Of a DNA stretch of 55,012 nt, positions 19,558 to 28,872 are shown piece after piece. The notes under the pieces were generated by a model. That model was not told where the DNA came from and did no database searches. It was given only the letters and a program-made list of their open reading frames with translations. The stretch covers positions 1-55,012 of the forward strand of contig DVJX01000056.1 in the NCBI GenBank assembly GCA_018716405.1, given 5' to 3'. Every line of letters begins with the position of its first letter. The stretch's first letter is position 1. The position numbers were made by a program, and so were the translations under genes. Source of the stretch: Candidatus Faecisoma merdavium. Lineage in GTDB: Bacteria > Bacillota_I > Bacilli_A > RF39 > UBA660.

Positions 19558-20608
19558 CTATTTTCTCCATTTCTACTTGATTAATTGAATTAAATCGTTT
19601 TGTTATCTTATCAGTAGTAGTATGTATATCTTTAACATCTTTACTTACTGTCTCAATACTTCGATATAATTTATCCCATCTTTCTTTATATCTATTAAAT
19701 TCATTACTTAATAATTTTAATTCATTATGTATTACAGTTGTATATTTGTCTCTTTCCATATTTTTAATTATTACTTGAATTGTAGTTAAGGTACTAATTA
19801 AAGTTGTTGGACTAGTAATCCAAACTCTTTTTTTATAAGCATATTCAATTATATCAGAATGATGGGCGTTAACTTCAGCAAAAATTGCTTCAGCCGGTAA
19901 AAATAAAATTGCTTGATCAGATGTAACATTATCAATTATATATTTACTAGCTATAGCATCAATATGTTTTTTCATATCTATTCTAAATAATTTTTCTGCT
20001 TGCTGTCTAATACTTATTTCATTTTTTCTATCCACCATTATTTGATAATGCTCTAAAGGAAATTTTGAATCTATAGCAATTGTCCCTAATGGAGATGGTG
20101 CAAATAATACACAATCAGCTATTGTATCATTATTGAATTTGTATTGCATTTGATATATTTTATCATTATCACCGAATATATTATACATTATATTTTTTAA
20201 ATTAACTTCACCAAATATTCCCCTTGTTTTTTTATCAGTTAAAATACTTTGTAAAGATATAATATCACTAGATAAATTATCTATTTTCTTTTGTGCTTCA
20301 TCAATTTTAGATAATCTTTCTAAAACATTTGTAAATGTTTTATTTGTTTTTTCAAAATTTTCATCTAATCTTTCATTAACTTTATTGTTAATTAATGTTA
20401 ATTTATTATCTAATTTATCATTTAATTTATCAAAATCATTAGTTAAGTCCCTGCTAAAAGATGATTTAAATTCACTAACTTCTTTTACTACATTTGTTTC
20501 TAACTTTCCTAATCGTTCAGTTATATTTGATTCATTTATATTTTTTGACAAGGATAAAATACAAACCATTAATATTATTATAAGTAAAATAATTATTATA
20601 TATTCCAT
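19547..20608 (-). CDS. rmuC: DNA recombination protein RmuC
   Basis: N-terminal TM, long coiled coil, and a C-terminal RmuC nuclease-like region (CVLFAPSPLGTIAIDSKFP...LFLPAEAIF). Confidence 0.9.
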   Translation of the reverse strand: MEYIIIILLIIILMVCILSLSKNINESNITERLGKLETNVVKEVSEFKSSFSRDLTNDFDKLNDKLDNKLTLINNKVNERLDENFEKTNKTFTNVLERLSKIDEAQKKIDNLSSDIISLQSILTDKKTRGIFGEVNLKNIMYNIFGDNDKIYQMQYKFNNDTIADCVLFAPSPLGTIAIDSKFPLEHYQIMVDRKNEISIRQQAEKLFRIDMKKHIDAIASKYIIDNVTSDQAILFLPAEAIFAEVNAHHSDIIEYAYKKRVWITSPTTLISTLTTIQVIIKNMERDKYTTVIHNELKLLSNEFNRYKERWDKLYRSIETVSKDVKDIHTTTDKITKRFNSINQVEMEKIDVE

Positions 20609-20641
20609 ACAATCACCATTTTAATTATATCATATTTTTAT

Positions 20642-20671
20642 AAAAAAAAAGCCTTATATTAATTATAAGAC
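20642..20671 (-). terminator. Terminator after the rhodanese gene
   Basis: CUUAUA-auuaa-UAUAAG hairpin followed by U9 on the minus strand. Confidence 0.5.
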
Positions 20672-20959
20672 CTATTTTTCTAATAACCATCCTTCATAGC
20701 CTTTAATAACATTATATACTTTATATCCTTTTGTTGCTAAAATATTACAAACTTTTAAACTGTTTTTTCCATATTGACAATATATGTAATATTCTTCATT
20801 TTTATTTAAATATTTTTCTGGATCTTTTAATAATAATATATAAGGTATATTTATTGCTCCATTTATATGGTTATCATTGTATTTTTCAATACTTCTAATG
20901 TCAATAATGTTAATATTGTTTTTACTCAATAATTCTTTTATTGAAACATTTAATACCAT
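20672..20959 (-). CDS. Single-domain rhodanese-like sulfurtransferase
   Basis: 95 aa. Active-site loop YCQYGKNS and typical IIDIRS...HINGAINIP. Confidence 0.85.
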   Translation of the reverse strand: MVLNVSIKELLSKNNINIIDIRSIEKYNDNHINGAINIPYILLLKDPEKYLNKNEEYYIYCQYGKNSLKVCNILATKGYKVYNVIKGYEGWLLEK

Positions 20960-21014
20960 ATAACCACCCTAATACATTATATGTATTAAGGAATAATTAA
21001 TAAAGGGAATTAAA

Positions 21015-23141
21015 CTAGTCTTCGTCGTTGAAGAAGTCATCAAAGAATTGATCATCAGTAACACCATTAATAACTTTACTCTCTTCTTCTTTTAATTCTA
21101 TCTTTGGTTCAATATTTTTTGAAGTATCATTTTTTGTAATAATTTCTTCTGGTTTACTATCTTTAATCTTAACTTCATTATTTTGTTTAATAACTGGTTC
21201 ATTCTTTGGTTGTTGTTTATTCTCTTTTTTGTCTTTTAATTGTTCTTGTTTTTCTTGTTCTTCTAATTCAGCAATCTTAGCATCAATTCTTTTAACTAAA
21301 GAATCTATGTCAAAAGAATCATTTTTTTCTATATTAGAAGATGGTTTTGAATTAAAAGAACCCATAGACATTGATGAATTCATAGGGTTAAACGAATTCA
21401 TCATGTCATTTAGTTTTGACTCTCTTTTTTTATCGACAAAAGATTTTAAATCAAACAACTTAATTTCTTGTTTCTCACGCTGTGGATAAGTTGCTTTGGG
21501 ATAAGATTTTCCCCATCCACCTTCTTTTTGAATTTTCCAATCTGGTACAACTTTTGTCTTAAATGGCATTGATCTAATTCTTAAAACAATAATTGTATTT
21601 TCTGGTAGTCTTTGTAAGTCACTAACAGTTACTAAAGGTGTGCTGGCTGTCTTATCTTTTTCTTTTGATTTTACTTCACCACATAATTTACTAATTTCTT
21701 CAAGTGACGCTAATTCACTACTGATAAGATATACTATATTACCACAGTTACCTTTTATCGTTTCACCATTTTCTTTGCCATATACTTGATATAATTGTGC
21801 AAAGTTTTGAATAATAAATGTAAATCTAATATTTCTGCTTCGTGCAGCTGTAACCATTGTAGTAACATCTTTTAAAGGTGGCATATTAGCAAATTCATCT
21901 AATATGAAATTAGTTTTAAAAGGTAACTTTCCACCAGATTCTTGAGCTACATCAATTAATGTTTCATAACATTGTTTAATAAATATTGTAACTAAAGAAT
22001 GATATGTTTTCTTTTCATCTTGAATAACTAAGAAAACAGCTGTTTTCTTTCTACCAATGTCTTTCAAATCAAAATCACTATGGCTTAACATTTCAGATAA
22101 ATTTTCTCTCGATGAAAATAATTTAATTTTTTGTTTAAAAACAGATAATATACTACTTTTAGTATCACTAGGAGCCATAATAGTTGATGAAACATTAATA
22201 TAGGCTGGACTAGCTTTATCTTTATAATTAAAATATTCTTTTATATAAGTAGTATTTCCTATTTTTTCTTCTCCTACAGTAGTCATCAAATTAATTGTAT
22301 TTAAATTGATTTCTTCTTCTTTTGCATCTTCAAACAAAGCTAAGGCCAACCCTGTAAAATAATCAGCTGAAGTCTTTTCCCAGAACGGGTCTTGACTTTG
22401 GGCCTTATCATCATAAAGAATGTTCATAGCTAAATCATCTAATAACTCATTTGCTTTGTCTTTATTACCACTTTTATACAATTGATAAGGTAATCCTAAT
22501 GGATTCCATGCACTACCTTTTTGAGGATCACGAAAATTAAGTAAAACTATGTTATAACCTTTTTCTCTTAACATTTCAGCATTATTTTCGTATATTTCAC
22601 CCTTAGGGTCGGTAATAATCATTGATTCGCCTTTTTTAGCTAAAATTCTAACCATTGGCTGAACCATAGTTTGTGTTTTACCTGCACCAGTAGAACCTAA
22701 TATAAGATTATGATACTCACCGGAATCAACCCAAATTTCTTTACCATTATTTATTAAAGGAATTCCTGCATACTCACTTGTTTCTTGACCAGGTAAAACC
22801 TTATTAATATTTTTTTCTTTCTTAAATTCTTTTTCAGTTTCCCATCTAGAATATCCTTTTTCTTCTTTAACACCAGTACTGAATCCAATACCTTTTTCTC
22901 TTTCAAAGAAATATGAAGATACACTAGTCATAATAATTATTAAAATAACTATATATCCCACAATAGTAGGAACAATATATTCACCTGAAAATGCTGGAAA
23001 AGGATTAAACCCATGGAATGTTCCTTCATTAGCAAAACTTGAAATATTCAGTACAGCTAATGCAACAAAATAAAGTAATACTATAGCAAAAATAACAAAT
23101 ATAAAATAATCTTTGCCAGAAGCTTTAAATTTCAATTTCAT
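21015..23141 (-). CDS. Type IV coupling protein (VirD4/TraG family)
   Basis: Two N-terminal TMs, Walker A GSTGAGKTQ, Walker B FILDEFANMP. Long low-complexity tail ending DDQFFDDFFNDED. Start moved to MKLKF (SD GAGGTGA). Confidence 0.85.
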   Translation of the reverse strand: MKLKFKASGKDYFIFVIFAIVLLYFVALAVLNISSFANEGTFHGFNPFPAFSGEYIVPTIVGYIVILIIIMTSVSSYFFEREKGIGFSTGVKEEKGYSRWETEKEFKKEKNINKVLPGQETSEYAGIPLINNGKEIWVDSGEYHNLILGSTGAGKTQTMVQPMVRILAKKGESMIITDPKGEIYENNAEMLREKGYNIVLLNFRDPQKGSAWNPLGLPYQLYKSGNKDKANELLDDLAMNILYDDKAQSQDPFWEKTSADYFTGLALALFEDAKEEEINLNTINLMTTVGEEKIGNTTYIKEYFNYKDKASPAYINVSSTIMAPSDTKSSILSVFKQKIKLFSSRENLSEMLSHSDFDLKDIGRKKTAVFLVIQDEKKTYHSLVTIFIKQCYETLIDVAQESGGKLPFKTNFILDEFANMPPLKDVTTMVTAARSRNIRFTFIIQNFAQLYQVYGKENGETIKGNCGNIVYLISSELASLEEISKLCGEVKSKEKDKTASTPLVTVSDLQRLPENTIIVLRIRSMPFKTKVVPDWKIQKEGGWGKSYPKATYPQREKQEIKLFDLKSFVDKKRESKLNDMMNSFNPMNSSMSMGSFNSKPSSNIEKNDSFDIDSLVKRIDAKIAELEEQEKQEQLKDKKENKQQPKNEPVIKQNNEVKIKDSKPEEIITKNDTSKNIEPKIELKEEESKVINGVTDDQFFDDFFNDED

Positions 23142-23180
23142 AAAATTCACCTCGTCATTATAAGTATAACATATTATTAA

Positions 23181-23855
23181 TTAAATTTCATTATTTTTTT
23201 TACTTATAAATATAATTATAGATAACGTAAGCATAATTGTAATAAGTATTCCAAATATAATAGAAATCATTAAAATATTTTCTTTAATATACATCCCAAT
23301 CTTTTCCAAAAGTGTATATTCTTTTACATTTCCAAATTTAATATATATTCTTTTATTAGATGCATTATCGTCATCTATATTCCAAGTATAAACATCATTA
23401 TCTACAACATCAGCATTACTTTCTATTACAACATGATTACTTTTTATGTTGACTTGAACACTATCAACTTTAGAATATTCAAAAACCATACATTTAAAAC
23501 CTTCACTAGTTGATATAATATATTCTCCATTTTGTTCAATAAAACTAAATGCGTCAAAACATGTATTTATATATGTCGCATATCTAAATTGATCAAAATT
23601 ATAATTATAATTATAATTAGCAATGAAATTAGAACCTTTTTCATAAAATTCTGAATTATATAAATTTTGATACTTATTATCAAAATTTGCATAGGCTTTA
23701 AATTTTTTTAATCCATTAATTTGGTTTTCCAATTTTTTATCTAAAGAAATATTAATATTTTCAATTAAACTATCATCTTTAAATTCTAAATCATATTTAA
23801 CTTGACATCCTGATAAAACAAAAATAGTTAAAAGTAAAAGTATTATTTTTTTCAA
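23181..23855 (-). CDS. Lipoprotein with a C-terminal TM anchor (T4SS accessory)
   Basis: Lipobox LSGC after a TTG-start signal peptide MKKIILLLLTIFV. Hydrophobic C-terminus. Overlaps the hydrolase stop. Confidence 0.55.
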   Translation of the reverse strand: MKKIILLLLTIFVLSGCQVKYDLEFKDDSLIENINISLDKKLENQINGLKKFKAYANFDNKYQNLYNSEFYEKGSNFIANYNYNYNFDQFRYATYINTCFDAFSFIEQNGEYIISTSEGFKCMVFEYSKVDSVQVNIKSNHVVIESNADVVDNDVYTWNIDDDNASNKRIYIKFGNVKEYTLLEKIGMYIKENILMISIIFGILITIMLTLSIIIFISKKNNEI

Positions 23856-23856
23856 A

Positions 23857-26175
23857 TCACTCACCCTTACCTAAAACATATACATAACCATTAAATGAAT
23901 ACCTGCTTCCATCAGTATAATTTTTTATACTCTCAAATGTATATGTATTAACACTCATATTAACATAGTCCCAGGTTGCGGTTCCACCAGCACCTTTTGA
24001 ATTCCAGCCCTCTGAAATTGTGATAGTATGATTTTCATAATCAACACTTTCCACTACAGCAACATGACCACATCGTGGATCACAAACATCACTTCCGCCG
24101 CTCCAAGAAACAAAAGCTCCTGGCATAGGTTGGGTGTTATCGGTTGATTTTTGGAAAATGCTTAGATTTTGGTGATCAAACCAACCCTCACCATTTGCGC
24201 TTGTACTAGCTATAGCATTTAAAGCAGTTATTTTTGTTGCGTCATCCATATTTGAATAATAAATCATTTCTAACATTCTACCTCTTGCATACCACACACA
24301 TTGTCCTAAATAAGGATGATCATAATCGTATATTTGTGACATATCAAATTGTTGTCCTGCAATCATAACAATTCCCATATCTTTATATTGTTTTGATCTT
24401 TCAAGTAACTCTGAAAGATTTTGTGGTGGCGCAATAGAAAATGAAAACATTCCACTAACTGTATTCATATTTGCTATTTCTACACCTTCTGAATAGAAGT
24501 ATCCTAAAATTTCTTCATAAGAAGAACCATTATCAGCCATTTCATATGAGGCGACTTGACTCATTCCAAGACCATGACCGCCTCCAATCATGTAATAATA
24601 TTTTTCAGATAAATAAACTCTATGTTTTTCATTGTTTGGTACTTTTGTGTATTCTACATATCTTTTGCCATCTTCTTCACCATACACACAACTAGTATCG
24701 TTATAACAATATGAATCATAAAAAGCAGTTATTAATTCATCATTATAAATTAAAACTAATCCAGCCGTTGCATTAGCTGCTTCAGTCGCATAATCAGCAA
24801 TATCAGGATTAAAAACCTGCTTAGAATCGCTGCTTTCAATAGATGTGCTACAATTATTAGTTTCTTTTAATACCAACGTTCTAGCAGCAATTGCTTGTGC
24901 TTTATATGCCTCAATATTTTGTCCTGCCCAAGCCTCACCTGTAATAACACCTGCAACATAAGTTTCTAAATCATAAGTTCCTATAAGTTTTCCATTAGCG
25001 TCAACAACAGTAACACCTGGACAAGTTGCATATACTTTTCCATATTGTTTTGGAGTTTCTAATTCATCAACAAACGCAGCTCTTGAAAAAATCTCTCTTA
25101 CAGTTTCCTCAACTTTTTTATCAACTTCATCTGAATACTTATTATCATAATAATATTGTCGTATAAAAACATATTTTAAATATTTTTCATAATGTTCTAA
25201 ATCTACTTTATATTTTTCTTCATGATCACTTGGACAACTATATTTAACACCAGAAAAATTTAGTAAACCCAGACTACTACACATATGATTGCCATTAGAA
25301 TCTAAATATTCTTCACCATTTTTATAACAGCATTTACTAATCATATTATTAGCGAGTAATAAAACTTTCTGTTGACTTTTCTTAAAATCTATATAATTAG
25401 ATGAAGCAATATTGTCTAAATTACTATCTTCATCTAAATCATTATCATCTTCCGCATCTGTTGTGAAAGGACTAGAATATGTAAGTGTTGCTGTTATTAA
25501 TGTGGTATTTAAAGAAACACTATATTGATCTTTGTAATATATATCGGCTGCTTCTATAAATTTATAAAAATTATTCTTTTCTTTTTCATCACATTCTGCG
25601 TCAGAACACCATCCTCTAAAGGTTAAAAAATTACCTAATTTTTCACCGAAAGAGGAAATTGCACCGGTTACACTTCCTATAAACTCTTTAATATAAAGTA
25701 AAGGTGATATAATTATAGCAATAATAATTATTAATATTATTACAGTAAAACATCCTGCACATCCAATACCACCTAAACCTGTAAATAAAAGTAATTTTGT
25801 CCCATTTTTAACTTCCTTATCTCCACTACCAGTAACATCATCTTCTTTTTTGTTTTTACCAAAAAAATTAAAAGGAGAACTTTTTTTAGCAACATTATTA
25901 GCACTATCTAAAGCTTTTTGTCCAAGTTTTGTATTAGATAATTTTTCTACTGCTGCTCCACCAGCTGGGCCAAAATATGCATTTGCAGCAGTTTTTGCAC
26001 CTTCTTTTATTAATTTTTTTTGAGCATTATCTTTAACTTGATTAGGATTAAATCCCTTATTTAAGGTATTAGATGGTTTATTTAATTTACTTCCTTGATT
26101 ATCTTGTTTCGCTGAAAAATTCCCATTGCTAGGAATTTTATCTTTTGTATCATTATTCATAACCATCACCACCAA
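23857..26175 (-). CDS. Membrane-anchored peptidoglycan hydrolase: SpoIID/LytB-like domain plus C-terminal CHAP domain
   Basis: Central TM (FTVIILIIIIAIIISPLL). SpoIID-like segment ETYVAGVITGEAWAGQNIEAYKAQAIAARTLVL...GHGLGMSQ. CHAP-like GQCVWYARGR...GHVAVVESV. The exact start among TTG and ATG codons at 26160-26175 is uncertain. Confidence 0.8.
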   Translation of the reverse strand: MVVMVMNNDTKDKIPSNGNFSAKQDNQGSKLNKPSNTLNKGFNPNQVKDNAQKKLIKEGAKTAANAYFGPAGGAAVEKLSNTKLGQKALDSANNVAKKSSPFNFFGKNKKEDDVTGSGDKEVKNGTKLLLFTGLGGIGCAGCFTVIILIIIIAIIISPLLYIKEFIGSVTGAISSFGEKLGNFLTFRGWCSDAECDEKEKNNFYKFIEAADIYYKDQYSVSLNTTLITATLTYSSPFTTDAEDDNDLDEDSNLDNIASSNYIDFKKSQQKVLLLANNMISKCCYKNGEEYLDSNGNHMCSSLGLLNFSGVKYSCPSDHEEKYKVDLEHYEKYLKYVFIRQYYYDNKYSDEVDKKVEETVREIFSRAAFVDELETPKQYGKVYATCPGVTVVDANGKLIGTYDLETYVAGVITGEAWAGQNIEAYKAQAIAARTLVLKETNNCSTSIESSDSKQVFNPDIADYATEAANATAGLVLIYNDELITAFYDSYCYNDTSCVYGEEDGKRYVEYTKVPNNEKHRVYLSEKYYYMIGGGHGLGMSQVASYEMADNGSSYEEILGYFYSEGVEIANMNTVSGMFSFSIAPPQNLSELLERSKQYKDMGIVMIAGQQFDMSQIYDYDHPYLGQCVWYARGRMLEMIYYSNMDDATKITALNAIASTSANGEGWFDHQNLSIFQKSTDNTQPMPGAFVSWSGGSDVCDPRCGHVAVVESVDYENHTITISEGWNSKGAGGTATWDYVNMSVNTYTFESIKNYTDGSRYSFNGYVYVLGKGE

Positions 26176-26180
26176 TTATT

Positions 26181-27965
26181 TTATAATCCGCCGCCACTTC
26201 CAAATGAATCTAGTTCTTGTTCAGTAGCTATAATATTTATTCGCATTCTTCTACTACCACAAACGAATAAAGCTTCACCTTGATTGTATCTTTTTATACT
26301 TTCTTTTTCATTATCATTTAAATCTATTAATTTAGCTAAGTCTTCAACCGCTTGTTTTTTTAATCCCATAACTAAATAATAAGAAGCATTATCAAATATT
26401 GCTTTACCTTGAGTTATAATAGAAGGTTCACTGAAATCGGAAGGCTGTTGAGTTATAATAATTGTTCCAGTATTATATTTTCTTGCTCTTCTTTGAATTT
26501 GCCCTAAGAAATCAGCCCCTAAAACATTATTCCCAGACATTAAAACATGTGCTTCATCAACAGTTAAAACTGTATTAATACTTGTATCTAATGTTAAACT
26601 CCAAGCATATTTTAAAATATTGAAAAATAAAGCGTTTCTAATATTCCTATCACTATTCATTATTTCTCGTATGTTAAAAACTATAAAATTACTTTGAGGT
26701 TGAATTGTTGTATGACCATCAAAATAATATTTCAACTCTTTTACTAATGGCCTTATTTTTAGTTCTAATTTTTCTAAAATATCTTTTTCATGTGTTTTTT
26801 CAGGAATTGATAATAATTTACCTCTGATTGTTGCGTAAACATCTTTAAAAGTAGGATAATCTTTTGACGTTAGTTTAGAAAAATCTGTTGTAAAATCTAT
26901 TCCAAATCTTCTATAAGTGTCTTGAACTATTTCACTAAACATTGTTATAACATCTTCTTCTGTACTAGGATCATAATATTTTATAAAAGCTTTTAATGAT
27001 TGTAAAGTTCTTGTAAGAACTGTATACCCTAAACCTTGTTTTATTTCTTCTTCATCTGCATCCATAATTACTTCAAGTGGATTGACCATACCGAATTCTC
27101 CACCTTTACCCAAATCGATGAAATCTCCTCCATATAATTTAGCCATATCTTCAAATTCACCTTCAGGGTCAATTATTACTAGCTGAATATCGTTTCTTAT
27201 ATGCGTTCTAAGCAATAATTTAGCTGCAGTTGATTTACCGGAACCAGATGTTCCTAATATTATAACATTAGCATTATTTCTATTATGTTCTTTCTTTATT
27301 TGATAGAGAAATTGATTAAACAAAATAACTCCACCTGAAAAATCAACCCCTAATAAACATGATAATCCAGGATCTTTTATACTATCAAAGATAAAAGGAA
27401 ACATAGCAGCAATTGTAGGAGCAGGAATAGGAGTTCCTATTCTATTTTCAATTTCTTGATTTGGATAAATTGGTAAAATAGATTTTAGTACTCTTTCTTG
27501 TTCAAATCTTAAAGGAAAGGCCTTCATTTCCATCGCTTCAATATAACTTTTTACTTGTAATTTTTTTGCAGTTAATTCTTCTTCTGAATTAGCAGTTACC
27601 ATAATATGTAATTGAAAATCATATATTTTAGACTGTGTACTTACCAACTGTGAAATAAAATATTCTAAAGATTCATAATCTTGTCTAATTCTTTCTTGAA
27701 TTGTTTTATCACTTTCTTCTTGATATCTCATTTTCAAGTCTGCTATTTCTTTATTTAACATTCTTTGAATAACACTAAAAGGTAGCGGAATATGTTTAAT
27801 TACTACTTTAACTCCTGACATACTAGTTAAATTAGCCAAATAACCAGGAGAAATAAATTTTGGATAAGAAACAACTGTCAAAATAGTAGCGTATTTATCA
27901 CTTATTATAAAATCACTTGATCTAAACTCCAATCCTTTTGGAGCAATTTGACTTTTTATATCCAT
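26181..27965 (-). CDS. VirB4-type T4SS ATPase (TraE/TcpF/ConE-like), C-terminal ~three quarters
   Basis: Walker A GTSGSGKST, Walker B LTVDEAH. IAPKGLEF...YATILTVVSYP is typical of the VirB4 middle domain. Confidence 0.85.
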   Translation of the reverse strand: MDIKSQIAPKGLEFRSSDFIISDKYATILTVVSYPKFISPGYLANLTSMSGVKVVIKHIPLPFSVIQRMLNKEIADLKMRYQEESDKTIQERIRQDYESLEYFISQLVSTQSKIYDFQLHIMVTANSEEELTAKKLQVKSYIEAMEMKAFPLRFEQERVLKSILPIYPNQEIENRIGTPIPAPTIAAMFPFIFDSIKDPGLSCLLGVDFSGGVILFNQFLYQIKKEHNRNNANVIILGTSGSGKSTAAKLLLRTHIRNDIQLVIIDPEGEFEDMAKLYGGDFIDLGKGGEFGMVNPLEVIMDADEEEIKQGLGYTVLTRTLQSLKAFIKYYDPSTEEDVITMFSEIVQDTYRRFGIDFTTDFSKLTSKDYPTFKDVYATIRGKLLSIPEKTHEKDILEKLELKIRPLVKELKYYFDGHTTIQPQSNFIVFNIREIMNSDRNIRNALFFNILKYAWSLTLDTSINTVLTVDEAHVLMSGNNVLGADFLGQIQRRARKYNTGTIIITQQPSDFSEPSIITQGKAIFDNASYYLVMGLKKQAVEDLAKLIDLNDNEKESIKRYNQGEALFVCGSRRMRINIIATEQELDSFGSGGGL

Positions 27966-28510
27966 TATCCTAACACCGTCCCAAATGTAGTTGTAACACC
28001 ACCATTTAAAAAGTTATCCAAAATCATTCTTAAATCATCATTAGTTGTCTGATAAGCAACCAATCCAGCCCCTGCAAAAGTATTTATTAAATTCCTTATT
28101 CTTTTTTGAATTATATCGTCTTTTTTTTCTCTAAATAATAAGAAATATTCTGTATCAACTACGTTATTATTCATAAACATATTACCCTTATTAATATCTT
28201 CCATTATTAGTTTTCTTTTAGCTGGGTTACTAATATTGTTATATAAAAGTTCCAACTGTGAAAGATATACAGTTATATCAACTGGCCTATCTGCAGCAAT
28301 TATCCAAAATTCATAATCAATAGTGTTATATACAATTCTTAAATTTGAAATAATACTATCCTGTGTTTGTTGATCAAGAATAAAAATGTTTCTTGGCATT
28401 ATTTTAACACCTGTTACTTTTAATCCATTGTCTAATATGATAGACCCATTTTTAATTTCTCTAACTGGAATATCATCATTAGTAAATTTACTTCTCTTTG
28501 CCTTCGCCAT
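27965..28510 (-). CDS. 181-aa protein resembling the N-terminal domain of long Gram-positive VirB4 proteins
   Basis: DIPVREIKNGSIILDNGLKVTGVKIMPRNIFILDQQTQDSIISNLRIVYNTI...RPVDITVYL has the pattern I recall from VirB4 N-termini. Its stop overlaps the VirB4 ATG (TAATG). Confidence 0.5.
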   Translation of the reverse strand: MAKAKRSKFTNDDIPVREIKNGSIILDNGLKVTGVKIMPRNIFILDQQTQDSIISNLRIVYNTIDYEFWIIAADRPVDITVYLSQLELLYNNISNPAKRKLIMEDINKGNMFMNNNVVDTEYFLLFREKKDDIIQKRIRNLINTFAGAGLVAYQTTNDDLRMILDNFLNGGVTTTFGTVLG

Positions 28511-28805
28511 GTGGAAAACACCAACCCTTCCATTTAAACTTTCTTGGATTCATATAAAAACCTATTGCAGAAGCAATTAAAGTTCTCATATTATAATAAT
28601 TTGGAACCGGCATTACTAAAAATCCTGTTATTAATGCTGGCAATAAAGCTATAATAGCGTAAACTATTTCACCTGATGGTAAAAACTTTAAAAGTAATAA
28701 AGTTATAGCTATACCAATGCCAAACATAATCAAGTCAAATTTGGTAAAAAGGCCAAAAATAAGCATTGACTTTTTCGTGTTTGCCGGTATTAAAAAATTA
28801 TCCAT
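28488..28805 (-). CDS. Two-TM PrgI/TcpE/VirB3-like protein
   Basis: 105 aa with two hydrophobic helices. Its position directly upstream of VirB4 matches Gram-positive T4SS operons. Confidence 0.45.
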   Translation of the reverse strand: MDNFLIPANTKKSMLIFGLFTKFDLIMFGIGIAITLLLLKFLPSGEIVYAIIALLPALITGFLVMPVPNYYNMRTLIASAIGFYMNPRKFKWKGWCFPHGEGKEK

Positions 28806-28872
28806 CTAATATCACACCCTTTTTTAATTATTGTTTGTTTTTCTGTTTACATTTTGTTATTTTTTTGTTTTG

